From the NCBI GenBank assembly GCA_016200675.1, contig JACQEH010000025.1:1-44022 (forward strand): 44,022 nt of DNA, read 5' to 3'. Of the stretch, positions 29,985 to 39,365 are shown piece by piece. The notes below the pieces were generated by a model, which worked only from the letters and a program-made list of their open reading frames with translations, was not told the DNA's origin and ran no database searches. The translations under genes were made by a program, and so were the position numbers. Source of the stretch: Chloroflexota bacterium (GTDB lineage Bacteria > Chloroflexota > Limnocylindria > Limnocylindrales > CSP1-4). How positions within the stretch are numbered: position 1 is the first letter of the stretch; every line of letters begins with the position of its first letter.

Positions 29985-32549
29985 TCAGGCCACCCAGACC
30001 GTCCGGAGGCGGGTGCGGACGAGCTCCGCGACGAATGCCGGAAAGAGCGCGATCGCGGCCACGAGGAGCCACTCCTCGGCGTCCAGTGGTGAGGCCCGGA
30101 AGGCCTGGGCGAGGACGGGCACGGCCGGGATCAGGACCTGGATGAGGACGACCGTCAGCCCGCCGAGGATCAGGAATCCGTTCCGGCCCACGCGAAAGAC
30201 GGGGATTCGCAGGCTCCGATTGGCGTACGCCCGGACCACCTGAGCGCAGACGAGAGCCGAATAGGCGAACCAGCGGACGTGCTCCGGATCGCCGGGGTGG
30301 GTCTTCATCAGGACGAGGGCCGCGATCGCCGTGAACGACCCGGCGAGGGCGATGCGGCCGAGGATCGCCGAGGTCAGGAGGGGCATGCCCGCCACGCGCG
30401 GCGGACGCTCCATGATGTCGGGCTCCTCCGGCTCCCGCTCGAAGGCGACCGAGGTCGACGAGTCGATGAAGAGCTCCATCCACAGGATCTGAATGGGGAG
30501 AAGCGGCTGGCCGAAGCCGGCGACCGTGGCGATGAGGATGAAGCCCAGGAACGCCACGTGGGTGCTGACGAGGAAGACGAGGCCCTTCTGGATGTTGTCG
30601 ACGATCCGCCGGCCCTCGCGGAGGCCGTACATGAGGGTCACGAACGAGTCGTCGCCGAGGACGAGGTCGGCCGCCTCCTTGGCCACGGCCGTGCCGCTGC
30701 CCATGGCGACGGCGACGTCGGCGTTGTGGAGCGCCGGCGCGTCGTTGACGCCGTCGCCGGTCACGGCCACCAGGCGGCCGGCGGCCCGGGCGACACGGAC
30801 GATGCGCTCCTTCTGCTCCGGCGTCGAACGGGCCACGATATGGATGGACGGCAGCTCGGCGGCAAGCCTCGCGTCGTCCCAGGTGGCGAGCTCGGCGCCG
30901 GTCACGATCCGCTCCCTGCCCAGGCCGGCCGCGTGGGCGATGGCGGCGGCGGTCGCGGGATGGTCGCCGGTCACGACGATGGTCTGGATGCCCGCCCCCT
31001 GGGCCTCGCGAAGCGCCGCCCCGATGCCCTTCCGGATGGGATCGGCGAACCCGACGAGGGCGACGACCTGCCAGGCCTCGCCGTCCCCGGCACGAGCGAC
31101 GCCGATGAGGCGCTCCCCCGCGTGCGCCCCGGCCTCCACCTGCCCATGCCAGGCCACGAGCTCCGTATCGCCGGCGACCCGGTCCATGGCCAGGATCGCC
31201 TCCGGGGCACCGGTCGCCAGGCGTTCGACGCCACCGTCCCGCCTGGTCACCGTCGTGGACACCGGACGGGATCCTGACGGCGGCTCGGAACTGACCAGCT
31301 CGGCCGGGTCCAGGTCGTGGCCCAGGCCCTCGGCCTCGATGGCGCGCTCCAGGGCGCGCGTGAACGAGCCGGGCGTCGTGCCGTCGATCCGGGCCCAGGC
31401 ATCCGCCTCGGCCCGAAGCGCGGTCACCAGCACCGCGCGCCGGGCCTCGCGATCGACGACAACGCCGTCGTGGCGCCGGATCGAGGAGATCTCGAGCTGG
31501 TTGAGGGTCAGGGTCCCGGTCTTGTCCGTGACGATGAGGTCGATCGCGCCGAGGACCTCCTCGGCGTTGAGGCGGCGGACGAGGACCCCCCGCTTGAGGA
31601 GCCGGAACGAGCCGAGGCCCAGGATGACCGCCAGCAGGACCGGCGGCTCCTCCGGGATCGCGGCGATGGCGGCGGAGATCCCGGCCAGGACGTTCTGCCC
31701 CAGGGACTGGCCGCGCAGGAAGCCGAGGCCGGAGACGATGGCGATGAGCGTGATCGCGACGATGAGCAGGATCCGGACCAGCCGATCCAGCTCGTGCTGG
31801 AGCGGCGAGCGGCGGACCGCCTTGCTGGTCAGCTTGCCCGCGATCCGGCCGACTTCGGTTCGCCCGCCGACGGCCACCACCAGCCCCTCGCCACGGCCCC
31901 CGACCACGCTCGTGCCCGCGTAGGCGATGGCCCGCCGGTCGGCGAGGACCGCGTCCGTGGGATCCGGCTCGAGGTTCACGTTCTCCGGGACGGACTCTCC
32001 GGTCAGGACGCTGCGGTCGATAAGGAGGCGGTCGGAGCGGCTGACCCGGAGGTCGGCCGGGACCACGTCGCCGGTTCGCAGCAGGACGACGTCGCCGGGG
32101 ACCAGGGTCGCCGCGGGAATGTCGAAGGGCGCGCCGTCCCGGCGGACCCGGGCCATCGGCGCCGACGCCTCACGGAGAGCCTCGAGGGCGCGCTCGCCCC
32201 GGTATTCGGTGACGACATCGGCACCGACGATCGGCAGCAGCCCGACCAGGATCAGGATGCCGTCACGGACCTCCTGGAGGAGGATCGCCCCGATGCCGGC
32301 GGCCGCCAGGAGGAGCACGAACGGCTCGGTCGCCGCCTCGACGACCATTCCGAGGACGGACGGGGCCTGGTGCGCCTCGAGCTCGTTGGGGCCGGCGAGG
32401 GCTGCCCGGGCGTCGATCTCGTCGGACGCGAGGCCGCTCCCGGGGTCGACGCGGAGCTCCCCCGCGACGGCATCGATGGTCCGGCTGTGCGCCGTCTCGT
32501 GGACCGCTGTCGCGGTCGCCTCGGGAGTCACCGGTCCATGATGGGCCAT
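29985..32549 (-). CDS. cation-transporting P-type ATPase (P2-like, Ca2+/Mg2+ class)
   Basis: Motifs present are LTGESVP, the phosphorylation site DKTGTLT, the hinge [11 protein letters not shown], the TM4 motif IPEEPP and an N-terminal Cation_ATPase_N-like segment ([20 protein letters not shown]). The start is uncertain, with ATG candidates at 32549, 32597 and 32639 and the track start at 32690. Confidence 0.9.
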   Translation of the reverse strand: MAHHGPVTPEATATAVHETAHSRTIDAVAGELRVDPGSGLASDEIDARAALAGPNELEAHQAPSVLGMVVEAATEPFVLLLAAAGIGAILLQEVRDGILILVGLLPIVGADVVTEYRGERALEALREASAPMARVRRDGAPFDIPAATLVPGDVVLLRTGDVVPADLRVSRSDRLLIDRSVLTGESVPENVNLEPDPTDAVLADRRAIAYAGTSVVGGRGEGLVVAVGGRTEVGRIAGKLTSKAVRRSPLQHELDRLVRILLIVAITLIAIVSGLGFLRGQSLGQNVLAGISAAIAAIPEEPPVLLAVILGLGSFRLLKRGVLVRRLNAEEVLGAIDLIVTDKTGTLTLNQLEISSIRRHDGVVVDREARRAVLVTALRAEADAWARIDGTTPGSFTRALERAIEAEGLGHDLDPAELVSSEPPSGSRPVSTTVTRRDGGVERLATGAPEAILAMDRVAGDTELVAWHGQVEAGAHAGERLIGVARAGDGEAWQVVALVGFADPIRKGIGAALREAQGAGIQTIVVTGDHPATAAAIAHAAGLGRERIVTGAELATWDDARLAAELPSIHIVARSTPEQKERIVRVARAAGRLVAVTGDGVNDAPALHNADVAVAMGSGTAVAKEAADLVLGDDSFVTLMYGLREGRRIVDNIQKGLVFLVSTHVAFLGFILIATVAGFGQPLLPIQILWMELFIDSSTSVAFEREPEEPDIMERPPRVAGMPLLTSAILGRIALAGSFTAIAALVLMKTHPGDPEHVRWFAYSALVCAQVVRAYANRSLRIPVFRVGRNGFLILGGLTVVLIQVLIPAVPVLAQAFRASPLDAEEWLLVAAIALFPAFVAELVRTRLRTVWVA

Positions 32550-32767
32550 CAGGGGCGCCCGTGGTTTCGGGCCGGAAGCCGCGCTCCGGCGGGCCATCGG
32601 CCCGCGGCATGGAGCGCGACCGGTCGCCGCGGCAGTCATGGGGTCAACGGGGTCCGGACCGCCGGGTTCGCCCGCCCGACCGGACGGCATCCAGTCGCCG
32701 CCGCCCGTGGGCGGGCGGCGCCGACCCGGTGCACAATCGACGTGTGAGAACCCTGCCCGCCGGCGAC

Positions 32768-33130
32768 ATGACGACGCCGGTCAGCATCCATGCCGACCGG
32801 ACCGCCGGGCGCCTCGAGATCGAATGGGCGGATGGCCATCGAACTGCCTTCGACGCCGTGGCCCTTCGTTGGCTGTGCCCGTGCGCGTACTGCCGCGGCG
32901 AGGCCGGCCTGCCCGGCTGGCTCGACACGGCGCCGACGCTGACCGCGGAGCAGACCCGCCTGGTCGACGTCCACCTCATCGGGTCGTACGCGATCGCCCC
33001 GTCCTGGGCGGACGGCCATCACACCGGCTACTACCCGTATGCGCTGCTCCGCGACCGCTGCCCGTGCCCGGCTTGTGCCGCCGGCCGCGAACCGTTCCCG
33101 ACACGAGCGTCCGAGGAGGCTCCCGCATGA
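32768..33130 (+). CDS. DUF971-family (gamma-butyrobetaine hydroxylase N-terminal-like, Zn-binding) protein
   Basis: The pattern LEIEWADGHRTAFDAVALRWLCPCAYC....SYAIAPSWADGHHTGYYPYALLR matches DUF971. An extra CPCPAC lies near the C-terminus. An alternative GTG start is at 32744. Confidence 0.75.
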   Translation: MTTPVSIHADRTAGRLEIEWADGHRTAFDAVALRWLCPCAYCRGEAGLPGWLDTAPTLTAEQTRLVDVHLIGSYAIAPSWADGHHTGYYPYALLRDRCPCPACAAGREPFPTRASEEAPA

Positions 33131-33471
33131 TCGTCGCCACCGCGCCCTACATCGCCGGCCATCGCGTCGTCGAGACCAAGGGCCAGACCTTCGGACTCGT
33201 GGTCCGCAGCCGCGGCTTCTCCGGCAACATCATCGCCGGCCTCCGCTCGCTCGGCGGCGGCGAGATCCACGAGTACACCGAGCTCCTCGAGGACACCCGC
33301 CGCCAGGCACTCGACCGGCTCGTCCGCAATGCCACCCTGATGGGCGCGAACGCCGTCATCTCGATGCGCTTCGACAGCTCCGAGCTGGCGGGCACGATGT
33401 CCGAGATCGTGGCCTACGGCACGGCCGTCGTCGTCGAGGCCGACGCCGCGGCGCCGCAGCCCGTCGAGTAA
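33127..33471 (+). CDS. YbjQ/UPF0145-family protein (putative heavy-metal-binding domain)
   Basis: ATG 33127 overlaps the upstream stop (ATGA). The product reads MIVATAPYIAGHRVVETKGQTFGLVVRSRGFSGNIIAGLRSLGGGEIHEYTELLEDTRRQALDRLVRNATLMGANAVISMRFD, the canonical YbjQ pattern. Confidence 0.85.
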   Translation: MIVATAPYIAGHRVVETKGQTFGLVVRSRGFSGNIIAGLRSLGGGEIHEYTELLEDTRRQALDRLVRNATLMGANAVISMRFDSSELAGTMSEIVAYGTAVVVEADAAAPQPVE

Positions 33472-33475
33472 CGTC

Positions 33476-33826
33476 GTGGCGCCCATCGTTCGCGGCGGCA
33501 TCGTCCTCGTCGGGCTCCTCCAGCTCGCGGGCGGCCTGGCCCTGGTCGTCGGCGGCGGCACGGACGCGGCGGGCGGCCTGTGGCTGATGGCAGTCGGCGG
33601 CTTCTTCGTGATCGTGCCCTTCCTGGAGCGCGCCCGCTACCGCTCCGAGGCGACGGAGCGCGGCCTCTCCCCGGTCGGGCCGGGCGGCGGCGAGACGACC
33701 GACGCGCCGATCGAGCCGCGCTTCCGGCCGACCACCGAGGTCTTCGAGGACCCGACGTCGGGCCGCCGCATGCGCGTCCTCGTGGACCCGCGGACGGGCG
33801 AGCGCCGCTATGTCGCGGAGGCTTGA
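33476..33826 (+). CDS. hypothetical membrane protein (2 TM plus a soluble tail)
   Basis: GTG start 4 nt after the ybjQ-like stop. Two hydrophobic helices are followed by a charged, Pro/Gly/Arg/Glu-rich tail. I recognised no family. Confidence 0.5.
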   Translation: MAPIVRGGIVLVGLLQLAGGLALVVGGGTDAAGGLWLMAVGGFFVIVPFLERARYRSEATERGLSPVGPGGGETTDAPIEPRFRPTTEVFEDPTSGRRMRVLVDPRTGERRYVAEA

Positions 33827-33850
33827 GTCTTTACAATCGCCTGCTATCCT
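33823..33850 (+). promoter_or_regulatory. candidate promoter for ppk (TTGAGT-N16-TATCCT)
   Basis: This is the only AT-rich patch in the 89-nt gap before ppk. The -35-like TTGAGT is at 33823-33828 and the -10-like TATCCT is at 33845-33850. Confidence 0.3.
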
Positions 33851-33915
33851 CCGGCGCCCGGCGGGGTGAGGGCAATGAGCCGTCGCCCGCCGCAGGAATC
33901 ACGGTGCACACGTCC

Positions 33916-36117
33916 ATGTCGGCCCTGAAGGCAGTCCCGCCGTTCCAGTCGAGCGCGCCTGTCATCGGCGGCACGTCGCGGCGCGGTCGCCGCGCCCGCT
34001 ACCTCGATCGAGAGCTCTCCTGGCTGGAGTTCAACGCCCGCGTCCTGTTCGAGGCCCGCGACCAGCGCAACCCGCTCGTCGACCGCCTGCGATTCCTGAC
34101 GATCTTTGCCAACAACCTCGACGAGTTCTTCCAGATCCGCGTCGCCGGCCTGCGCCAGCAGGTCCGGGCCGGGATCACCCAGCTCCCGGCCGAGGGCCAG
34201 GGCCCGGCGGCCCAGTTGCGGGCGGTCCGGTCGCGGGTCGTCGAGCTCGCCGCCGAGCAATCGGCGATCTACCGCGACCTGCGACGGGATCTCCGACGGG
34301 CCGGCGTGGCCGTCCTCGACTACGCCGAGGTCCCGGAGGACCACGCGGCCCTCCGACAGCGATTCATCGACGAGATCCACCCCGTCCTGACGCCCCTCGC
34401 GGTCGACCCGGGCCACCGGTTCCCCTATATTTCGACGTTGACCCTGTCGATCGCCGTCGGGCTGCGCGACCCCGAGACGGGCGTCCGGCGCTTCGCCCGG
34501 GTCAAGGTGCCGCCCGTCCTGCCGCGCTTCCTCGAGCTCGAACAGCGACCCGACCAGCCCCTCGGCCACCACCGGTTCGTGCTCCTGGACCAGGTCATCG
34601 AGGCCAACCTCGACCTGCTGTTCGCGGGCATGGCCATCGAGGAGCACCACCTCTTCCGGGTGACGCGAAACGCCGACCTGGCCCTCGAGGAGGACGAGGC
34701 GGACGACCTCCTCCTCGCGATCGAGGAGGAGCTCCGTCGCCGGCGCTTCGGCGAGGCCGTCAGGCTCGAGGTGGAGCGATCGATGCCCGCCTCGATCAGG
34801 AAGGTCCTCCTCGGGGGCATCGGGGTCACGGAGGACCAGGTCTACGAGGTCCGCGGGATGCTCGACCTGACCGGCCTCGGGATGCTCACCGACCTCGACC
34901 GGCCGGATCTCAGGTCGGAGCCCTGGGCGCCGGTCACGCCCCGCCGCTTCCAGCGGGTCGAGGACGACGAGCCGGTGGACACCTTCGAGGTGATCCGCGC
35001 CGGCGACGTTCTGGTCCATCACCCCTACGAGAGCTTCGCCACCACGATCGAACGGTTCGTCGCCCAGGCGACCGACGACCCGGATGTCCTGACGATCAAA
35101 TTGACGCTCTACCGGACCTCGGGCGATTCCCCGATCATCCAGGACCTCATCGAGGCGGCCGAGCGCGGCAAGCAGGTGGTCGCGATCGTCGAGATCAAGG
35201 CCCGCTTCGACGAGCGTGCCAATATCGCCTGGGCCCGCAAGCTCGAGCAGGCCGGGGCCCATGTCGTCTACGGCATGGTCGGCCTCAAGACCCACAGCAA
35301 GACCCTCCTGGTGGTCCGGCGCGAGAGCGGCGTCCTGCGCCGCTACGTCCACATCGGGACGGGCAACTACAACTCCCGGACGGCGCGCCAGTACGTGGAC
35401 CTGGGCCTCCTGACCTGCCGGGCGGATATCGCGCAGGACGTGACCGACCTGTTCAACGTCCTGACTGGCCTCGCCCGGCAGCCGTCATACCGGCGGCTGC
35501 TCATCGCGCCGCAGGCGCTGCGCGGCCGGTTCCTGGCCCTCGTCGAGCGCGAGATCACCCACGCCCGGGCCGGCCGGGCGGGAGGCATCATCCTCAAGCT
35601 GAACGCGCTCGTCGACCGCGAGTGCATCGACGCCCTGTATCGCGCCTCAGGCGCAGGCGTCGAGATCGACCTCATCGTCCGCGGCGGTTGCACGCTGCTC
35701 CCGGCAGTCCCGGGCCTCTCCGAACGGATCCGGGTCCGGTCGATCATCGGCGAGTTCCTGGAGCACTCGCGCATCTGGCGCTTCGAGAACGCCGGCGAGC
35801 CCGAGTGGTTCATCGGATCGGCCGACCTCATGGAGCGGAACCTGGACCGCCGCATCGAGGCCTTCACGCCGGTCCTGGAGCCGGAGCTCCAGCGGGAGCT
35901 CGACCTGATCCTGGCGACGATGCTCGCCGATGACCGTCGAAGCTGGACGATGCAGTCAGATGGGTCGTGGACGCGCGTCGACGCCGAGCGTGAGGGACCC
36001 CCGACGGTGGATACGCACGCGACGCTGAAGGAGCGCGCGCTGCGGGCCGCGCTGGCGCCGGCCTTCGGGGGTCCGGCGGGACCGCCGGCGGGTGTCTCGC
36101 TCGAGCCCTGGGCGTGA
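33916..36117 (+). CDS. ppk: polyphosphate kinase 1
   Basis: From ATG 33916 the product reads RYLDRELSWLEFNARVLFEARDQRNPLVDRLRFLTIFANNLDEFFQIRVAGL. Also present are GDVLVHHPYESF, TLYRTSGDSPII, VEIKARFDE, GLKTHSKTLLVVR and GTGNYN. The product is 733 aa. Confidence 0.93.
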   Translation: MSALKAVPPFQSSAPVIGGTSRRGRRARYLDRELSWLEFNARVLFEARDQRNPLVDRLRFLTIFANNLDEFFQIRVAGLRQQVRAGITQLPAEGQGPAAQLRAVRSRVVELAAEQSAIYRDLRRDLRRAGVAVLDYAEVPEDHAALRQRFIDEIHPVLTPLAVDPGHRFPYISTLTLSIAVGLRDPETGVRRFARVKVPPVLPRFLELEQRPDQPLGHHRFVLLDQVIEANLDLLFAGMAIEEHHLFRVTRNADLALEEDEADDLLLAIEEELRRRRFGEAVRLEVERSMPASIRKVLLGGIGVTEDQVYEVRGMLDLTGLGMLTDLDRPDLRSEPWAPVTPRRFQRVEDDEPVDTFEVIRAGDVLVHHPYESFATTIERFVAQATDDPDVLTIKLTLYRTSGDSPIIQDLIEAAERGKQVVAIVEIKARFDERANIAWARKLEQAGAHVVYGMVGLKTHSKTLLVVRRESGVLRRYVHIGTGNYNSRTARQYVDLGLLTCRADIAQDVTDLFNVLTGLARQPSYRRLLIAPQALRGRFLALVEREITHARAGRAGGIILKLNALVDRECIDALYRASGAGVEIDLIVRGGCTLLPAVPGLSERIRVRSIIGEFLEHSRIWRFENAGEPEWFIGSADLMERNLDRRIEAFTPVLEPELQRELDLILATMLADDRRSWTMQSDGSWTRVDAEREGPPTVDTHATLKERALRAALAPAFGGPAGPPAGVSLEPWA

Positions 36118-37905
36118 CGACCGCGACGCCGGGGCTGGACGGCCAGCCCCTCGAGATCGAGGTCAAGTACCGCGTCACCGACCCCGCGGCCGGCGAACGC
36201 TGGCTGGCAGAGACCGCCATCAGCGGCTTCCTGTCCAAGGGCCGCCCGACCCGGGTCACCGTGGTCGACCAGTATCTCGACACGGCCGCCGGCGCCCTCA
36301 GGGCGGCCGGCTATGTCGCCCGCATCAGGAGCGATGGCGGGTCCGCCACCCTGACCGTCAAGTCGACGGCCGAGCCGACCGGCGCGGGCGCCATCCATCG
36401 CCGGCTGGAGCTCGAGGGTCCGGCCGGACCGGAACTGGAGCCAAACGCCTGGCCGGCGTCGGCGGCCCGCACCCTCCTCCTCGAAACGTCGGGGGGCGCC
36501 CCGCTCGTCGAGCTCGTCAGCATTCGGCAGGATCGTCGCAAGCGAATCCTCGAGCGAAACGGCACGGCCGTGGAGCTCAGCCTCGACGACGTGGCGGCGC
36601 TCCGCGACGGGGCGGTCGTGGCGACCTTCGTCGAGCTGGAGGTCGAGCTGCTGCGCGGCGACGAGGCGGATCTCGCCCGCCTCGACGCGCGCTTCACGGC
36701 CGATCCGGACCTCGCGCCGGCCCGCGGCTCCAAGCTCCAGTCGGCCCTCGACGCGGTGGCGAAATCGCGCGAGATGGACGCAGCGGACGCTCCTTCGGCC
36801 CCGGCCGGGGCCCGGAAACGGCCCGCCGGTGGGAAGCCACGAACTCGCCCGTCCGAGCCTGCTTCGGAGCCCAGGTCCGAGCCTGCGTCCGAGCCTGCGT
36901 CCGAGCCGCCGTCCAACTCGGCGTCCAAACCTGCGTCCAAGCCGGCGTCCGCGCCAAAGCCGGCATCTCGGCCGGCATCCCAGTCCGCTCCGTCGAAGGC
37001 CGGACCGCCGAAGCTCGGCGGGGCCAGGAACCCGGGCGTGGTCGGCGACGACACGATCGCCGAGGCAGGTCGCAAGGTGCTCCGCTTCCACCTTGCCAGG
37101 ATGATCGCCCGCGAGGCAGGGACGCGCGAGGGCGTTGATCCGGAGGCGCATCTTCGGCGAAGGATTCCGGAGCGGCAGGACGCGCCCGCACCGGACCCAC
37201 ATCCGGGAGGTCGCCCGGCGGCTGGGGGCCGTCCGGGACCTCGACGTCCTGCTCGCCGGCCTCGAGGCCGACCGCGCCCAGCTGCCCGAGGCGGAAGGAC
37301 GGGGGCTGGAGCCGTTGGCTGAGGCCTGGCGCACGGCCCGCGACGAGGCGCGGACGCTGCTCGTCCGCGAGCTCGACTCGGCTCGACACCGGCGCTGGCT
37401 GGGGGAGTACGCCGAGTTTGCCCGCAGCGAGGGACAGGGCGCCAGGGTCGTCGAGGGCGCCACGCCGAACCGGGTTCGGGACACCGCCCCGTCACGCATC
37501 CTGGCGGCCCACGAGCAGGTCCGCGCCTATGAGGCGGTGCTCCGCACGGCCGACGTCCCGATGCTCCACGAGCTCCGGATCGCGGCCAAGTGGCTGCGCT
37601 ACTCGATCGAGTTCGTGCGTGAGCCGCTCGGCCCGGACGCGGAGCCGCTCATCGCCCGCGTGACCGCCCTCCAGGACCACCTCGGGTTGCTCCACGACGC
37701 CGACGTCGCCGCGGGGCAGGCGCGGGCCTTCGCAGCGGCGCATCGCGGCTCGCTGCGGGACGAGGAGGTCGCCGCGATCGAGCGCTATGCGGCCCGCAAC
37801 GAGGAGCGGCGGGCGGCGCTGGTCGGGTCGGTCGGACCGGCCTGGCGGGCCGTCGCCGGGCTTGGGTTCCGACGACGCCTGGGACGGGTCCTGGCCGGTC
37901 TTTGA
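36114..37905 (+). pseudogene. CYTH (triphosphate tunnel metalloenzyme) plus CHAD domain protein, with the reading frame broken at the start of the CHAD domain
   Basis: The GTG start overlaps the ppk stop (GTGA). The CYTH signature EIEVKYRV and a beta-barrel-like body run to about residue 200, followed by a (SEPA/SKPA)n linker. The CHAD domain starts in frame 1 (DDTIAEAGRKVLRFHLARMIAREAGTREGVDPEA) and continues only in ORF 37135..37905 (IFGEGFRS..IREVARRLGAVRDLDVLL..LHELRIAAKWLRYSIEF..LQDHLGLLHDADV). Confidence 0.8.
36852..36975 (+). repeat. about ten tandem copies of a 12-nt unit (TCCGAGCCTGCG-like) encoding an (S-E/K-P-A)n linker
   Basis: The run reads tccgagcctgct tcggagcccagg tccgagcctgcg tccgagcctgcg tccgagccgccg tccaactcggcg tccaaacctgcg tccaagccggcg tccgcgccaaag... 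It translates to SEPASEPRSEPASEPASEPPSNSASKPASKPASAPKPASRPAS. Confidence 0.8.
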
Positions 37906-37983
37906 GCCCGGCGAGCGCCTGAACGCTGGCCGGCCGCCACGTCGGGGGCTCCCCGCGCCCTGACGGGCCTGTGCGCCCTACAC

Positions 37984-38934
37984 CTAGCCGAACCAGCCGT
38001 GAGCAAGCTCCTCGAGGTGGTCCCGCCAGGCCTCGCCCGCCCGATCGGCAGCGATGATCGCGCCCTCGCGGATGCCGGTGTCGACGACACGCCCCGTGTC
38101 CTTCTCGACGCGGTCCAGGATGGCCTCGATGATCGCGGCGCCCGCCGCGAGCAGGCGGATGCGCGCCTCGCGCAGGCCGTAGGTCACGGCCAGCAGCTCC
38201 GATGGCCCGCCCATGACGAGCTCGCGGGCCAGGGCCAGGTCGTCGCGGGTCAGGTGGTCGTCGCGGTCCGGGTCGCCGGCCCGGCGCAGTAGCTTGAGCA
38301 GGTTCGTCGCCGTGCCGCCCACGAACACGACCTCATCGGGACGGCTCACGGGGCTCCAGTCGAAGGCCTCGTCGGCCGCCCGACGCAGCTGCTCGACGTG
38401 CTCGGGCAAGGGCGGATCCGCATCCACCACCCGCCGCGTCAGCCGGCCCGCGCCGACCTGGACACCCGCCGCCCGGGCCGGCTGGCCCGGCCCGATCTCG
38501 ACCATCTCGCTGGAGCCACCGCCGATGTCGACGACGAGGAGGCCGTGGCGGACCCGCCGCCCCGCGGTCAACCCGACGAGCGTGAGGAGCGCCTCCTCCT
38601 CGTGCTCGAGGACGGCGAGGGGGACGCGCGTCTGGGCCGACATTTCGGCCACGATCCGCGTCGCGTCGGCGAGGCGCCGGAGCGGCTCCGTGCCGATGAC
38701 GATCGGGCTCGCCACGCCCATGAGCCGCGCCCGATCGACATAGCCGGCCACGGTCGCGGTCAGGGTTGCCCGACCCCCGGGGCCGAGGCTGCCCGGGCCG
38801 TCAACGGCCGCACCGAGACCGAGGAAGGTCGACTCGTCATCGAGGACCACCAGCCGGGCGCGCTCGGGTCGTGCGACGAGCATGTGGACCGAGGTGGAGC
38901 CGAGGTCGATGGCGGATCCCGGTCGATGTGGCAC
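37984..38934 (-). CDS. ppx: exopolyphosphatase, Ppx/GppA family (short, two-domain form)
   Basis: GTG start. The ASKHA-fold motifs AIDLGSTSVHMLVA, VVDIGGGSSEMVE and VFVGGTATNL are present. The product is 316 aa. Confidence 0.88.
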   Translation of the reverse strand: MPHRPGSAIDLGSTSVHMLVARPERARLVVLDDESTFLGLGAAVDGPGSLGPGGRATLTATVAGYVDRARLMGVASPIVIGTEPLRRLADATRIVAEMSAQTRVPLAVLEHEEEALLTLVGLTAGRRVRHGLLVVDIGGGSSEMVEIGPGQPARAAGVQVGAGRLTRRVVDADPPLPEHVEQLRRAADEAFDWSPVSRPDEVVFVGGTATNLLKLLRRAGDPDRDDHLTRDDLALARELVMGGPSELLAVTYGLREARIRLLAAGAAIIEAILDRVEKDTGRVVDTGIREGAIIAADRAGEAWRDHLEELAHGWFG

Positions 38935-39261
38935 GCGCTTCGGCCTCAGCGCTTCGTGGGACGGATTGGCCTGATCTGACCGTCCTCAGGGGCCAGCGCG
39001 CGCGTCACATCCGACGGCCCCGCCTGCGCGGGCGCCGCCGGTGTCGATGCTGCTGAACCCGTGTCGATCGCCCGAACGACCATGCCGCACTCCTTGCAGG
39101 GTTGCCAATTCTCGTCCATGGCGGCCCGCCATGCCGGGCGCGTCTCGCTTGGCGTCGGCCGCCATCGCGCCCGTGGCGTGCAGCGCGGCCACCGTCTGGC
39201 GGCCACCGGAGGCGCCGCGACGGCGGCGTCATGACGGCGCAGAGACGCCATCGCAGAGACC

Positions 39262-39294
39262 GTTAACAAACGACATATGCCGCGTTGACCGGGG
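39262..39294 (+). promoter_or_regulatory. speculative PHO-box-like element: three phased 11-nt units GTTAACAAACG / ACATATGCCGC / GTTGACCGGGG
   Basis: It lies in the most AT-rich patch of the 431-nt ppx-pstS divergent gap, about 75-100 nt upstream of the pstS start. Two of the three units start with GTT(A/G)AC, resembling actinobacterial PhoP direct-repeat units. Confidence 0.2.
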
Positions 39295-39365
39295 CCCCGG
39301 ACGATCCGACATCGAGAGGTGCGCATCCGACGTGCTGCCATGAACGCCAACCAGGAGGTTCTATC

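Noticed and set aside
32550-32767. A riboswitch or leader (for example an M-box) upstream of the P-type ATPase.
   Set aside because: I recognised no conserved riboswitch core. Part of the region may be coding if an upstream ATG (32597, 32639 or 32690) is the true start. A covariance-model scan would be needed to settle this.
38946-39251. A small minus-strand ORF just upstream of ppx, either 102 aa from ATG 39251 or 57 aa from ATG 39119 (MDENWQPCKECGMVVRAID..). It ends 11 nt before the ppx start.
   Set aside because: The N-part is Arg/Trp/Pro-rich, there is only one CxxC pair, and I see no RBS or family resemblance. Third-position GC seems lower than in neighbouring genes. It is left unannotated, though a small leader peptide cannot be excluded without ribosome profiling or conservation data.
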